DNA of 64,000 nt from Girardia tigrina (Eukaryota): positions 16,024 to 80,023 of the forward strand of contig MQRK01225945.1 in NCBI GenBank assembly GCA_001938485.1, written 5' to 3'. The notes under the pieces were generated by a model. That model was not told the DNA's origin, searched no databases, and saw nothing but the letters and a program-made list of their open reading frames with translations. The translations under genes were made by a program, and so were the position numbers. Positions 39,549-52,764 of this stretch are shown piece after piece. How positions within the stretch are numbered: the first letter of the stretch is position 1; each line of letters begins with the position of its first letter.

Positions 39549-41339
39549 TATGTTCTTAAACAGGAAACTAAAGTGATCGAAGGGGTTTTTAAGATTTATG
39601 TCTTTAATTTAATATTTAAAATGAGAAAAAAGAGTATAGAAGTACGCATAAAAAGATTTTAATGTTGTATATTTTGAAGTCATGTGATCAGTATTGGTCT
39701 ATTTATATTTTTTAACTGGTTTAATATGTAAAAAGATACTTACGATAAGGATAAGATCTCCAGGAATTTGACCATTGTACCTTTTGTACATATAAAACGG
39801 TTCTTAAGTATATAAATTTAATGTAAAATTCATGTTTCAATTAAGTTAATTTTATCAGAAAATTTAGTCAATAACCTTTTAAATATACTGTACTTAGATT
39901 TATATTATAATTTATTATGTAAATTTGAAATAACAAATTGACCTCCTATCTTATTTTAATAAAAAAATCTTAATCGAATCTCATTTTGATAGATTTTAAT
40001 AATTTAGAATGTCATTTTACGAATATCAGACCGATCCCAATTATTTTTTTCTAAATATTCAATACAAAAAAACCATATTAAATTTTTTTGGACTTTAGCA
40101 GTTGGGTCGAGGGTGCACCTAATTATTTTCAAGACTAAACTTTTTATTTTTTTTCATTTTTGGCTTGGTTTTATAATATTTTTGAGAGTGTCAGTAGGCT
40201 AGTAACCACATATAGATGGATGTTGGCTCCAATTAACTCATCCACCGTTTACCATGTTTTGGTTTTCATCCTGTTGGGTGTTCACACACCCTCGTCACAC
40301 TGGTTGCTCTGGATGAGGGAGCTGGTTTAGTTGCCTACTAGTCTACCATGGAAAATGAAGTGCATGTTTACATTGTATCTATTGCTGGCATGCTTATCGT
40401 GTCAGATCTGAATAGTCAATGGCCCCATAAATTCCTATCGGTCAACCACATAAGTAAAAACGTGGTTGTTGGGTGTCAACTTGGAAAATAGTATGGGATC
40501 CATCCATTGACTATTAAAATTTAATACGAGGCAATAATCGCCAAATACAGTAATACAAGATTGTATAGAGAAAAATCATTATTTTTTAAGTACATAATCG
40601 TAATCAACAATCTTTTGTTCAAATAATAAAGGTATCAATTCAAAATCTTTTAAAACAAATTTTCTAAACGATACTAATGCAACTGACAAACTATCTTTTC
40701 AAAATGGAAATACAGACCAAAAATCTTTCAACAATGTGACAAATTTAATCTTTCGATAATTAGTGACAAATAAATCTTTTTCAACATTTTGTCTTTTTGA
40801 CGAAAATTCAAAATAAAATTTGAATCACAAAAGAGAGAGAGAATTGCCGATCTCAAACCGATAATCATAAATTAAATTGGCTAACAAAAAATAATATTTC
40901 AAAAAATGTTCAATTGAAAAAATCACTCATTTAAATTTCAAAAGCCAAAAAAACATTCAAGAACCGTGAAATTGAAATTGCGATAAATGTAAATCACAAT
41001 CGAGCTAACAACTCGCTCTGATTGGTCAGCCAAACAGATAATCACAGCAATAAATTATCAGAGATTGTCATTCAGATATGGATCATATATGATTTTAGAT
41101 TTTAATTTGAGTTTGAAGGCGGACTATAAATAATTATAATTTTGATATAATTGTGAGAAGTGGTTGCAACGTCTATATCCGAATTCATTTTTTTAAACAC
41201 CAAAATTTTATTATGATTTTCATTTATTATATAATTTTTAATTTTTAAAAATATTTAACAAGCAAATTAATATAAAAATATTTTACCCTTTAAATTAAAA
41301 AATAATAAACTATTCAGGCGAGATAAAAATTAAAATTAA

Positions 41340-41763
41340 CCCCTCATAATAATAAAATATAAAATTTAAATTTTGAACACCTCTCATTTTCACTGATATT
41401 TTTTATTGCTTGAAAAAGTGACAATTTTTACTCCAGTCACGCATACAAAGTTAAAAAAATAACTTTTCCGTGTTAAGTAATTTTTATTTAATTAAACGAT
41501 TTAAATAAATGAGATTCAATTTTCTCTCCTATTGAGTTGATAGGAAAGTTTTTGTGCTTCTTATGAATGCTAATTTATTTTAAAAATTTCAACAAAAGTT
41601 TATGAATTCAGATTTGTGTTTTAAGAACCTTTCGGATTATCTAATTTATTAAAATATCACTTTTATTGCTGAGCTCGCACTCACCAAGGATGTTTGCACA
41701 AAAAGAAATTTTTTATCATAATTTATAATTTGCACTCTTATTTTATTCCACTTCAAGACAGGG
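41340..41763. mobile_element. Possible old piggyBac-type MITE
   Basis: TTAA|CCC ... GGG|TTAA termini with weak AT-rich inverted similarity. Confidence 0.35.
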
Positions 41764-41999
41764 TTAATTACCACAGAATTAACTCGTCCCATAGCTAATG
41801 ATAATACAATCGGCGAAGTCGCACGGCAACCGCGATTTGGTGCTGGCAGGGGTTCCCTGGATCATGGAAAATAGATTTGGGAAGACCATCTTTTTTTGCA
41901 TAAATTGCCTTCTTTTAAGCTTAAATACATTAAACTTTTGTAACACCAGAGAAATAAAATTTATTTTCTCTGTCAGAAAATTAACTTCAGAATTTATTT

Positions 42000-42400
42000 C
42001 AATAGACGAAATAAATCATTTTAAAGTTTTATGTAGCAATTTTAAAAATTATTGGGAAAGAGTCTTACGTGAGTCATTAATAATTAAAGCTGTTAATACA
42101 GCAATTAATGTACAATCAAGTTACTCATCAACTTTATTGAAAGTTTTTGCGTGAAATAGAAATTACACAATTGGTTGCACAATCATCATTTTAAATATAT
42201 TAGCTTCACAGCTACAATCAGAATCGCCTGATGATGACGAATATTCCGTCGAAATATATTGCTCTAATAAGAAAATTGTATTTTAAAATGGCGTCTTCTA
42301 ATTTTTATTGAATTAAATATTCTCATAAAACGATCTCTTAAAATTCCAAATATGTTGAGTAATAAATCTGTTACACCTTTAACACATTGTTCTGAGATTG

Positions 42401-42443
<43 letters not shown>

Positions 42444-42470
42444 GGGTTCGACGCCACATACATTTCGACA
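42000..42470 (+). mobile_element. Penelope 3' end with pLTR, followed by a second GIY-YIG fragment
   Basis: NHFKVLCSNFKNYWERVLRESLIIKAVNTAINVQ..LLKVFA*. 42331-42465 is homologous to 28061-28172. Confidence 0.9.
42224..42265 (+). ncRNA. Minimal type I hammerhead ribozyme motif with intact core
   Basis: GC-CTGATGA-T-GACG-AATATTC-CGTC-GAAA-TATATT-GC, about 70 nt after the endonuclease stop codon. Confidence 0.75.
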
Positions 42471-42770
42471 AATCAATGTTCAATCGACAGTCTCAAATAG
42501 CTTATTGAAAATTTTGATTAGCATGATTTCACGCAATGGATTATACAATCATTATTTTGGCATTTATACAGGTTAATTAAATTATCAATCAGTGATCAGT
42601 CGAAATATTGTTGATCAATCAACATATATTGTCATTTAATATATATTTTTAGTGGATAAATTTTGTTGTAAATAAATAATAAATTTATTTATTACATATA
42701 AATTATTGTATAAAACAATTATTTTGAAATGTGATTATAAGAATTTTAAGATACTTTTTTTTAATTTCAG

Positions 42771-43115
42771 GTTAGTATTTTTGATAGGGACAGCGAAGAT
42801 ATTAACGGAAAAATAAAATGTTATGAACCAGACAATATGAAAAACAAACAAATTGTATCATTTATACCAAATTTAAACAATTACCTCCAATATACAATAA
42901 AACTTATGCTGAAACTGGATAGAGATGTAAAAGGAGGAGATTCACAATATGCGTTATTTATTTGTGAGGATAATGGGATTCCGATGAAGCTGACCGCCAC
43001 TTGTACTGTGACCATTAATGTTCTGGACAGAAACGATAATTATCCTATTTTTTCCGAATTCCCCAAAAATATTTTAGTAAAAGAAAACACTTCACCTCAA
43101 ACAAGTATTTATAAT
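42771..43115 (+). CDS. Protocadherin-like cadherin, internal exon A
   Basis: TTTCAG acceptor and GTAAGT donor, 115 codons. VSIFDRDSEDINGKIKC...LDRD...CEDNGIP..LT...VLDRNDNYPIF..VKENTS contains the cadherin DxD, LDRE and DxNDN motifs. Confidence 0.93.
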
Positions 43116-43815
43116 GTAAGTAGAAACTGATTTTCTAAATATTTGTCTGAGTAAGAAATCGTATTTTAAAAAAGTTATTTTTTAAGTTGAAAAATAATGT
43201 TTCTTTGGATATTTTATTTATTGATGACATTCTTGTTTCAGATACAATATTTTGAATACATTACTGATTTTATTTCAAATTTTAATCTTAATCTATGGAA
43301 GTCATCGAAAAAATGCATTTATGACTGTAAATTAATGTATATGTTTGAATAGAGTTGTGGCCATATGTGCATGGCATATGGAATGTAGTTGCACTCTCAT
43401 CCCATGTCATACTTCATTCTTAAGTACACCAAATAATATATAATGGAAATATAATCATAAAGAATTTGAAAATTTAGGTATAAAATTCAAAAATAATAAT
43501 TATGAACCAAACGGTTTTATTTTAGTTCTATTGGGATACATTTAAGCAGAGCCTATGAAAACCAAAAAAAAACATTTGCATTTAAAAATAAAAACAGAAT
43601 CAATTTTAAGTAGGGCAGGTGTACAAAGTATAACGTTTCCTTCATAAAAAGTACTGGAAACTACGAAAAATAGTTCCAACATGTATTTTGACACAGTCTT
43701 TACTTTTATATTAAGAGTTTCTCTATTAAGTTTATAATTCTACGTTATACTTTGAAAAAAAATTGTTATTTTCATTGGAAACATTTTGCTTCATTAATTT
43801 TCCTGAGACTCTTAA

Positions 43816-44044
43816 CACCAGAATGCTGGAGCGGTGATTTTTGACTACAAGGCACATTTAAACCGAACCTTATTTAAGACAATAAATCCTAATGACTTAA
43901 CTCTTTCAAACTCATTTCAGCATTGCTAATATCTATCGAAATTATGAAGTCTCAAAAAATCAGGTCGATAGAAATTATTGTCTTAAAATGGGCGCGCTTT
44001 AAAATTGCTTTGTGCATAAAAATGGCCGCTCCGGAATTCTAGTG
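43816..44044. mobile_element. piggyBac-type MITE in a cadherin intron
   Basis: TTAA|CACCAGAATGCTGGAGCGG ... CCGCTCCGGAATTCTAGTG|TTAA, with an inner inverted match TAAGACAATAA / TTATTGTCTTA. Confidence 0.88.
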
Positions 44045-44199
44045 TTAACGAATAGATCTTTAAAGGAATCGTTTTTATCTAATGATTAATATTTTATTTA
44101 ATTGTTCTATTAAAAGCTAAAAAAAATATTTTTACTATAAATTGTCCGAAAATTACAAGTTTAAAATAATTGTGATTAATTAATACATTTTGCTTTCAG

Positions 44200-44355
44200 T
44201 TTGAAGCTACTGACAAAGATAAGGATTTCAATGCCAAAATTAAATATAGTATTATGAAGAATACGACAGATGAAGATTGCTGCGTTATCGACGAAGATTC
44301 AGGGAGTTTGTTTTCCTTGAAACCTTTAGACCGAGAAAAAAGAGACCATTATCAG
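44200..44355 (+). CDS. Protocadherin-like cadherin, internal exon B (not in the ORF track)
   Basis: TTTCAG acceptor and GTAAAC donor. FEATDKDKDFNAKIKYSIMKNTTDEDCCVIDEDSGSLFSLKPLDREKRDHYQ joins exons A and C in frame. Confidence 0.93.
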
Positions 44356-45065
44356 GTAAACCATCGATAATTAAATTTATAAATTAATAATTATTATAAT
44401 AAAAATGATGATAATTTTAAACCCTAAACATATATTACATTATTATTATCAAGTATCCAGAAAAAATCTTTAGCTTACAAAACATTTTATTCACGAAACT
44501 TTCAGATATAAATTAATAGAACTATGAATAGTGTAATGTGAGTCTTTCTTCAATTTTTTTATTTTTTTATTACTTGAGATTGTATCGAATTATTATCTAC
44601 CTTTGTTGTGATATTTTTTAGTTTTTTTTATTGTCAGTGTTTTTTTGTATTTTATGATTCGTTTAATAATTTGCAGTTATTGTTTTACTTTATTCATTGG
44701 ATTTGCGAAAATTTCCGTTGTATCTTTAAAAAAATCAAATAGAAACTCAAAAATTCGTTTCTAATAATTAAAAAATCATGACTCAAAAAAGAACATAGTA
44801 ATATGGGATATTTGAATTTTGATTTTAAAAAAATCAATACACAAATTAATATATTATTTATGGTTATGACTTACCTCTTGAAATGTTTATTTTCTTTGGG
44901 TGCGTTTTTTTCGTTGTTTTTTTCTTTGTTTTTTAATTGTATTTGCTAAACGAAAGCTGACTAACTGCAATCGACTCCATACGACTACCCATTTCGAAGC
45001 TTTATTTATCTAAAGACTATAATCTTTTCTGACGATTCCTTCCAAACCGATCGCCAAATCGTAAC

Positions 45066-45310
45066 TGTGGGGGATAATTTGGAATGTTGTAAGTTTGTTG
45101 TTTGTATGCTGTTTAGATTTGTGACTCTCCTACTCAGATGGGATTGATATGTTTATTGATTGATTATTTTATTATTTATTGATTTTAATATTTTCAATAA
45201 ACGATTTTAACTTATTAAATTTAATATATTTTAAAAATTAATGTTTATTTAAAAAATTACGTAATGTCTTTTTATCCAATAAAATTATTAGAAATTAAAA
45301 TTTAATATTA
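45066..45310 (+). repeat. Two-box dispersed repeat, copy 4, with an extended AT-rich tail shared with copy 7 (52765-53058)
   Basis: GAATGTTGTAAGTTTGTTGTTTGTA..CTGTTTAGATTTGTGACTCTC..ACTCAGATGGGATTGATATG and the downstream TTTTATCCAATAAAATTAT occur in both. Confidence 0.85.
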
Positions 45311-45552
45311 AAATTTCCCATTCATTGTTTTTTTAGATATGAATTGATTGATTTTTTTATTGCCAAATATCGACTAAGAAGGTTCATCAAATAATAACTA
45401 TTTTTTGGTTAACCTGGTTGGTTTCACTAAATAGTTAAAATAGCGGATTCGCTTTCTTAAGTGTAGAGAAACGAATTTGTAATTTGTTTACAAAACATTT
45501 TATTCACGAAACTTACAGATATAAATTAATATAACTATGAATAGTATTACAC

Positions 45553-45601
<49 letters not shown>

Positions 45602-46839
45602 ATATATATATATGTATATATATATTGGAACGGAAAATTGACTTGACCGACTATTTTGTTACTTTGGAAAAGATAATGTAAATAAATTAAATTAATAATT
45701 AAACAAGTTTAAGTAAATCAAATATTTTAAGTTAATATAGTGTAACAACTTATTATTTCATTATAATTCACAACATGTATTGTTCATAACAAAATATCAT
45801 CAGGTTGATCATCCTTTGATAGAACAGATTTTTTAACATTCAAAATAAAACGATATATAATTTTCAATCAAGTTTACATATATTGAAAATTTTATAAACA
45901 AAAACAGAACAAATGTAAACAGAACATATTAGCCATAAGAATCAATGCAAGCCGGCAATCGTTGTGAAAAATCTTCAGCAATATGGTTTAATATTTCAAG
46001 TGTAATTTTTTTTGACTTTTCCAAAGATTCAAAGCTTAGATTAGTCATTTGAAAAGTATTTAGCATTCAGACTGAGTAATCCGATGGGCTAAGATCATAT
46101 GAACTGGAAGGTCAATCATCTTTTGAGATGAAATCAGGGAAGTTGTTGATGTATCCTTATTAAAGCAAATCGCAACTATTTTGGAATTTCAGTTTTCTAA
46201 AATAAGCCTTATTTTAATAACAAAGTTTAATACAGTAAATGAAAAAGACAAAAAAAGGATTTCTGGTTACCAAATTACCAACAAATAGATAAAATAGGAA
46301 AACACATAACTGCGTATAATTTAAACGTAAATAAGTTTATTAAAATTAAGATAATTATAAAACAAGAACATAAATTATTTAAAACTGATAAAGGATGTCT
46401 TTCAATAAAAATAAGTTTTTTTGACTATTCCTTTATTAATAGATATATTTTATATTTATAGATATATTATTTTATAATAACATTTTTTTTAATAATTTTA
46501 AGTTTTATATTATATTTATAATACTTATTTTCTCAAAAATACATTATTTTTTAGGCCATTTTTTAAAAAAAAATGAAGAACCTTTTAAATAAAAACATTG
46601 AATGACAGCTGCAAATACGCTAAATTAGCTTTTTAATTCATTGATAAAACATTATTATTATTATTAATTTTTTAAAACATATTAGAAATATAATTATAAA
46701 ATAATAAAATAAATAGGAATTCTAAAAACTAATACTTTGTCAACGATTGAATTATTCAAATTTACAAATAATTTAATCGATTATTTTGTAATTATTTAAG
46801 AAAATATTTTAAAGTTTATTAAAAATTAATAAATAGTAT

Positions 46840-47035
46840 TGTTAGGAATGATTTTATGGTTTGTTTTTAAATGTTGAGTGTTGATTAAGATTGTGTCTCA
46901 CGTACCCAAATGACTGATTAATATTTTAATTCTTATAATCTGAAACAAATTTAATTTAATTTTATCTGTAATGTTAAGATTTATTTTAAATCTTAAAATC
47001 ATTGAAAAATTATGAAAGATTTGATTAAATTTATT
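46840..47035 (+). repeat. Two-box dispersed repeat, copy 5
   Basis: TGTTAGGAATGATTT...GATTGTGTCTCACGTACCCAAATG; its tail matches that of copy 2. Confidence 0.65.
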
Positions 47036-47199
47036 TTAAATCTTAAAATATATAATTAAAATTATTTTTTTTCTTTAAACAATTAAAATTTAATAAAGAT
47101 TGAGAAATTATATTAATTTTTCATTGTGTCATTGAAATACAAATGTGATGCGGCTATTCATTGAACCCTGTACTTTGATAAATATTGAAGGTTACTCAA

Positions 47200-47740
47200 A
47201 AATAAGCACGATAAAACAACAAACAAAATGACGTGAATTACAAAAACTTTTTAAAAAAGCAGAAGTATTATTGATGATATTCAAATCTTTGTAAATGGAG
47301 AAAATTTGTAAAGAAGGGGTATTGTCTATTTGGAAGTACAGCTTGAGGTTATTAAAGTAAACACAGACCAGCTTATAACGACCATAACATCCATTCGTCA
47401 CCAAAATTCTGTGCTTAATTTTTAAAACCTTTTCATCTGATATTTAAAGGGACTTCGCCTTTACCAGAACATATCTCATTATTTGATAGAACAGGTTTTT
47501 TAATATTCAAAATAAAACGATATATAATTTTCAATCAAATTAACATATATTGGAAACTTTATTAACACAAACAGAACAAATACCAAACACCAAGAATTAT
47601 TTTCACAACAAACAAAGCTTCCAGATATTTCACGAACAAATCCAAAACCCCGTTAGGAATTAAGGCCAACATAATTTACCAATTTACATATCACAAGTGC
47701 CAAGCCTTGTACATGGGAGAAACAACCCGTCCTCTCCAAA
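47200..47740 (+). mobile_element. Decayed, internally deleted Penelope-like RT/GIY-YIG fragment
   Basis: IIDDIQIF (YVDD-like) and PRIIFTTNKASRYFTNKSKTPLGIKANIIYQFTYHKCQALYMGETTRPL. Confidence 0.8.
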
Positions 47741-47865
47741 TAGTATTTAGATTGAATTCACTGATTGAATTATTTGGCAAATACTAAACTCAACATTCAA
47801 AATTCCAAATACCAAATTTTAAATATTCTTCACGATTTAAAATCTACAAATTAGTGCAATAAATT

Positions 47866-47967
47866 TGTGAGGAATATTTTAAATTGTTTGAATGTGTAAA
47901 TGTATTGATGATGTATGTTGATTTAAGTATGTTGAATTTAGAATGGTGATTCTCCCACCCAGATGGA
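47866..47967 (+). repeat. Two-box dispersed repeat, copy 6
   Basis: TGTGAGGAATATTTT...GTGATTCTCCCACCCAGATGG. Confidence 0.8.
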
Positions 47968-50900
47968 AATTGGTATTTTTTGTATTTAAAGTGATTGACT
48001 ATTCGAACATAATTAAAATAATCATTTTATAAGTTCATATCTTTAATTTCAGAATTAAAATTAAGTTTAATAATTTTTAGTAAAATTTGAATTAAATGCA
48101 TTTTAAATAATTTGATGACATTTTTATTATTTTAAGATTTATTGAAAAATGGTAAAACTTATTATTTTTTAATTAATATTTTTAGAGGTTAAATATTTTT
48201 AAAAATAATTTAGAAAAATTGTTCGAATAATACAATTAGAAGGATGACAAACGATGAAAGACTTTCTGAGAGTCATAATGACTCTAAATGTGATTGTAAT
48301 AAACATTCAAACGAGACTTGTCTAAATGTTCTTAATAAAATTTTTGAAAAATGTTATACAAGTAGTTATTATTGTTAAATTTCAATAAATATTCTTCCGG
48401 ATTTTAAACAAAAGTATCAATATTTAGATTATTCCAAAAGAATTTGAGTATTTTAAAACGTTTTTTTTCAAAATGGAAATTCACAAAATAAACTGTCATA
48501 TTCTTTAAACCCCTTTGGATGTGTACAAGGTACAAGCTCAAAGAGCGTCCATAAATTTTTGAATTTTATAATTAAAATTTATGACACGAATTTTCAAAAT
48601 TTAAAAAAGTTAAAATCATCTGACTAAAATATAAAACTCAATTTTAAAGATTTTGTAATTAAATTTTTTAAAACGATATAGGAAAATGTTTAATTTAAAA
48701 AAATCTTTTTTTTTGTTTTGTTTTAATTTTGATTGTAAAACTTTTTTATTTCAAATACAATTTTAAAATTTTAAATGTAAAATATTTTTAGAATGTAAAT
48801 TAAAAAATCCCGAATGTAAAATTTAAAATTGCAAATTTTAGAAGTAAATTAAGTATTCATATTTATATCATATTATATTTATGTATAACAGTTTTGTGAA
48901 AAAAATATATTCCTCAAAAGTTTGTTAAAAAAAACATATTTTTTATTGAAATAAAAGTTTTTTTGATGGAAAATCTCGATTTCACTTCAAATCTAGATAT
49001 TGGTTTGGATGACCACAGCAAAACCTTATATTTACTTGAAGTATTTAGAGTGTATAAAAGTGTATATTTATACATTTCATACTTATTTTTAGAAATAAAT
49101 GAAACAATATTAAATTAATGAATATTCATACATACTAGACATTCTGTTTTTTAATTTATCACTAAATTTATAAAATTTATATATAAAAAATATATGAATG
49201 ATTACGTTTTGGTAAATTTCATTTACCAGCGATAACATTATTATAAAATAAACTGGGGAGGCTGCATTTTAATAAAATTTATTTTCCTCTTTGTTCCTTT
49301 ATCTAAAACAGTCTTATCCTCAAAATGTATCTTATGAAGCTAAAGTTAATCCGGCAAAATATTTTAATTGTTTCGTCATATTTAGCCGCTTTAAGCGGAT
49401 CAATGTTTTACAAAGATTTATTATATTTTCATCTTACCGTGTAGATTTGATAAATACATTTATATACCCTGTTCATCTCAATTTACATTAATTAATCACT
49501 TCTTTTTTACTGTTTCTTGTCCGATAAATCCTTTGAGTAACAGAGACGGAGCGACTTCCATTAATTTGAGATTGAAACTTTTGTACTTTTTAACTTTAGG
49601 ATTAAAAATAAGTTTTAAAGTACTAAAATTGAAATAACGCTCTCTTTGTTCGAAAAGCATTTTTCATTCAAAAATCTTCATAAATGTAGAGAAATTTAAC
49701 TTTTTTTAAGGATTAGGTAGTAAGAAAAAAGAGTAATAAAAGTTTGTGGGTATGTAAGTAAAGGGTTCATGACTGAAAGACTCATTACCTGCCATTTCAC
49801 ACAAATTATTGCTGGAATTATATTTAAATGATTTTTTTGAGAAAGCGAATAAGTTTAGATTTATTTTTTTTATGAATTTTAAGATGGAATACATGTAAAT
49901 TGTGCTTGAGAATTGTCAGAAGTTTGTCAGACTGAATTTGAGTAATAAATTTTAGCAATGTAACCTAAATTTTGGTAATAATGATTTAATATAAAAAATT
50001 GAATAAACATTTTTTTGGAAACATTCTAACAACTTTTACTTAAATGAACTTGATTTTTTTGGTAATATTATATTTTAAACTTAAATTATAATTTCTTAAT
50101 TATTAACTTGTTTAAAAGCATTAATTTATTTGGTAAACAGATGTATTGATAGGTTACAAAATATTGATACATTTCTGGAAACAAGTTACTTTAATCTTCT
50201 TCCATATTACATTAGGCAATGAGAATTTAATCTCTGTAAAACTATGTTCAAGCAAAACATATCAAAAATATTATTTTATCAGAAAAATAAAATAAATAAT
50301 GAATAAATCTTGCAAATCATATGGTAAACAATTTTTATTCTTCTTTTTCTTCTTATCATTATTATTACTATTATTGCTATTCTTTTTGTTCTTCTTATTT
50401 TCCTTATGTTTTTTTCTAATTCTTTATTATTATTATTATTTGCACTATTATTATTTTGAGCGACATGTTACTCTTAAAATTTTTGAAATAATTAATTTTT
50501 ATTAAAAATTTCTAAAATAAGAAAATATTTAAAATCAAAAGTTTTCTAAACAATTATAATTAAAAAATATATCTTTAATTAATTTTAAAAAGTTATTTTC
50601 GGAAATACATGAATTTTAATTATAGAGTAAAAACTTAAAATGAAATTAATTGGGAAGTAATGGATTTTTTCAAATAATTGATTTAAAAGACAAGGATAAT
50701 TTTTTGTATTAATTTTAAAAATTATTCTGAAAAATTAAGTAATGAAATTTTTGTTGCCACAAATTTAATTTAAAAAAAACAGATAATTTTAAATTTTAAA
50801 GTTTGAAATTCAGCAAATTAAAGATTTGACAAATAATTTATTCTAAATAGTTTTCGTAAAAAATAAAAATTAAAACTTTTACCATTAATGTATTGTAATA

Positions 50901-51476
50901 ATATTGTTTAAACCTGAATATTGTAAATTATTTTTTGTATTTAAATTTTATATATAATAACGGATTTTAATTAAATTGAGCTTAAACATTTAAATAACTT
51001 TAAAATGATAAATATCTTTTGTTAAGTAATTAAAACATGTAAAAAATGAACGAATAAATTTTTAAAATAATTGTAGGTAATAAAATGCTTTTAAATTGAA
51101 ATATTAATAATAAAATAAAACAATAAAATCTTTTATTAATTAAAACTTTTTCACAAATAAAATAACATTAAACTAATTCTAAAGTAATAAAAAAATCATT
51201 TTTGTTAATTTAGTAAAAATATGACTAAAATAAATTATGTTGATTTTAGTTTAAATTAAATTGTATCAAATAGTGAAATGTTAATTTTCAAAATGAAAAG
51301 AATAAAAAAAATTCAATTTTAAAATAGCTTAAAAGTATTTATATTTCCATATTTTTATATAATAAGAATCTGGTCAAAAAGAAAACAAGGAAAAGATCCT
51401 CGACGAAAAATTGTTTAAAAATTGTTATTTGTGTTTAAATAAAATGTTGCTGTTAGTGAATAATTAATTGTTAATG

Positions 51477-51935
51477 AATAATTAAAATTGTTACAAATAA
51501 CTTTTTGTTATGATAATTTCCTCAGAAAAAACAATATATAAATATAAAAAATATAATTTCAATTTTTAGAATTTTATTTAAGTATTTTTTAATTAGAATT
51601 TAATAAAACAGATGTTTCACGTTTCATGAAATAAAATCAATTAGAATTATAATAAAAATATTTTTTTTGACTTTAATTTTATAATTATTTTAATGTGTCT
51701 CATTAAAAGTTCTAATTATTGAGTAATCAAATAATAAAAATACTTATGGGGGTCTTGATCAAGATGATTTAATTTCATAGAACGTGAAACATCTGTTTTA
51801 TTAAATTCTAATTTCAAAAAAAAAGTACTTAAAAATCATTCTCAAAATTGAAATTATATTTTTTTTTATTTATATATTGTTTTTTTCTGAGGAGATTATC
51901 ATAACAAAAAAGTTATTTGTAACACTTTTAATTAT
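51477..51935. repeat. Large AT-rich foldback
   Basis: About 160-bp arms (TGTTACAAATAACTTTTTGTTATGATAAT...AAACAGATGTTTCACGTT and the inverse) around a central palindrome TTTTAATG..CATTAAAA. Confidence 0.9.
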
Positions 51936-52764
51936 TTCTTCGTATTAACTACAATGCATTTTATTGTAAAAAACAAATATATTTTTAATGAAAAGTTTTT
52001 TATCTTTATAATTGGCAAAGACATATAAAACAAGTAATATTAATAATAATTAGAGAAAAAATAAATCAATAAATTGATAAAAAAATAAAAACAATCTATA
52101 ATTATTTTAATTAAAACTTTTTTTCCTATCTCTCAAAGAAGACAAACAAAACTTGATAAAATAATGAAAATTGATAATATTCTTTGAGCGAATTAATAAA
52201 TATTTTCCGACATGTTTCGTCTTTTGCATTGGGAAATGGCTTCAAACAAATACGGGAGTATAGATTTTTTAAATAAACTTATCGGGTTTTATTGGGGGGA
52301 CGTTTTCTATATCATCTTCAATAAACAAGTAAATATTAAGTCGTCTTTATATTATTATACATTTTTTTCATTTTATTAAACAATATATGATTAATTATTG
52401 AAATATAATGAAATGACTTTATTATAAATACTTTTTAATATGACTAAAATTCAATTAATAATATGCGGTATTTAACACCAAACATACCAATACTTAACAC
52501 ATACCGATTTGTACCACATCCGGTTAAATTACCGGAATTTATGTTTGAATTCGTGAATTGTGAATGTTAGGAAAGAAATAATTAAATAAGATTTATTAAA
52601 ATTAAACAAAAATTGTATATTATCGATTTATATTCCAAAAAAAGAGAATAAGAATGTTTAATTTATTTCTCATCACATTTTTTGCATAAACATGGTGTCT
52701 CCATTGTGCATTTTCCACTAACACTTAATTAATTTCAGAGGCGTCGTGCAATTAATATTATTGC

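Noticed and set aside
41798-42154. 118-aa ORF as a gene
   Set aside because: Chance fusion of unrelated sequence with the Penelope endonuclease C-terminus.
50299-50505. Hydrophobic ORF (poly F/L/Y)
   Set aside because: Translation of CTT/ATT low-complexity sequence.
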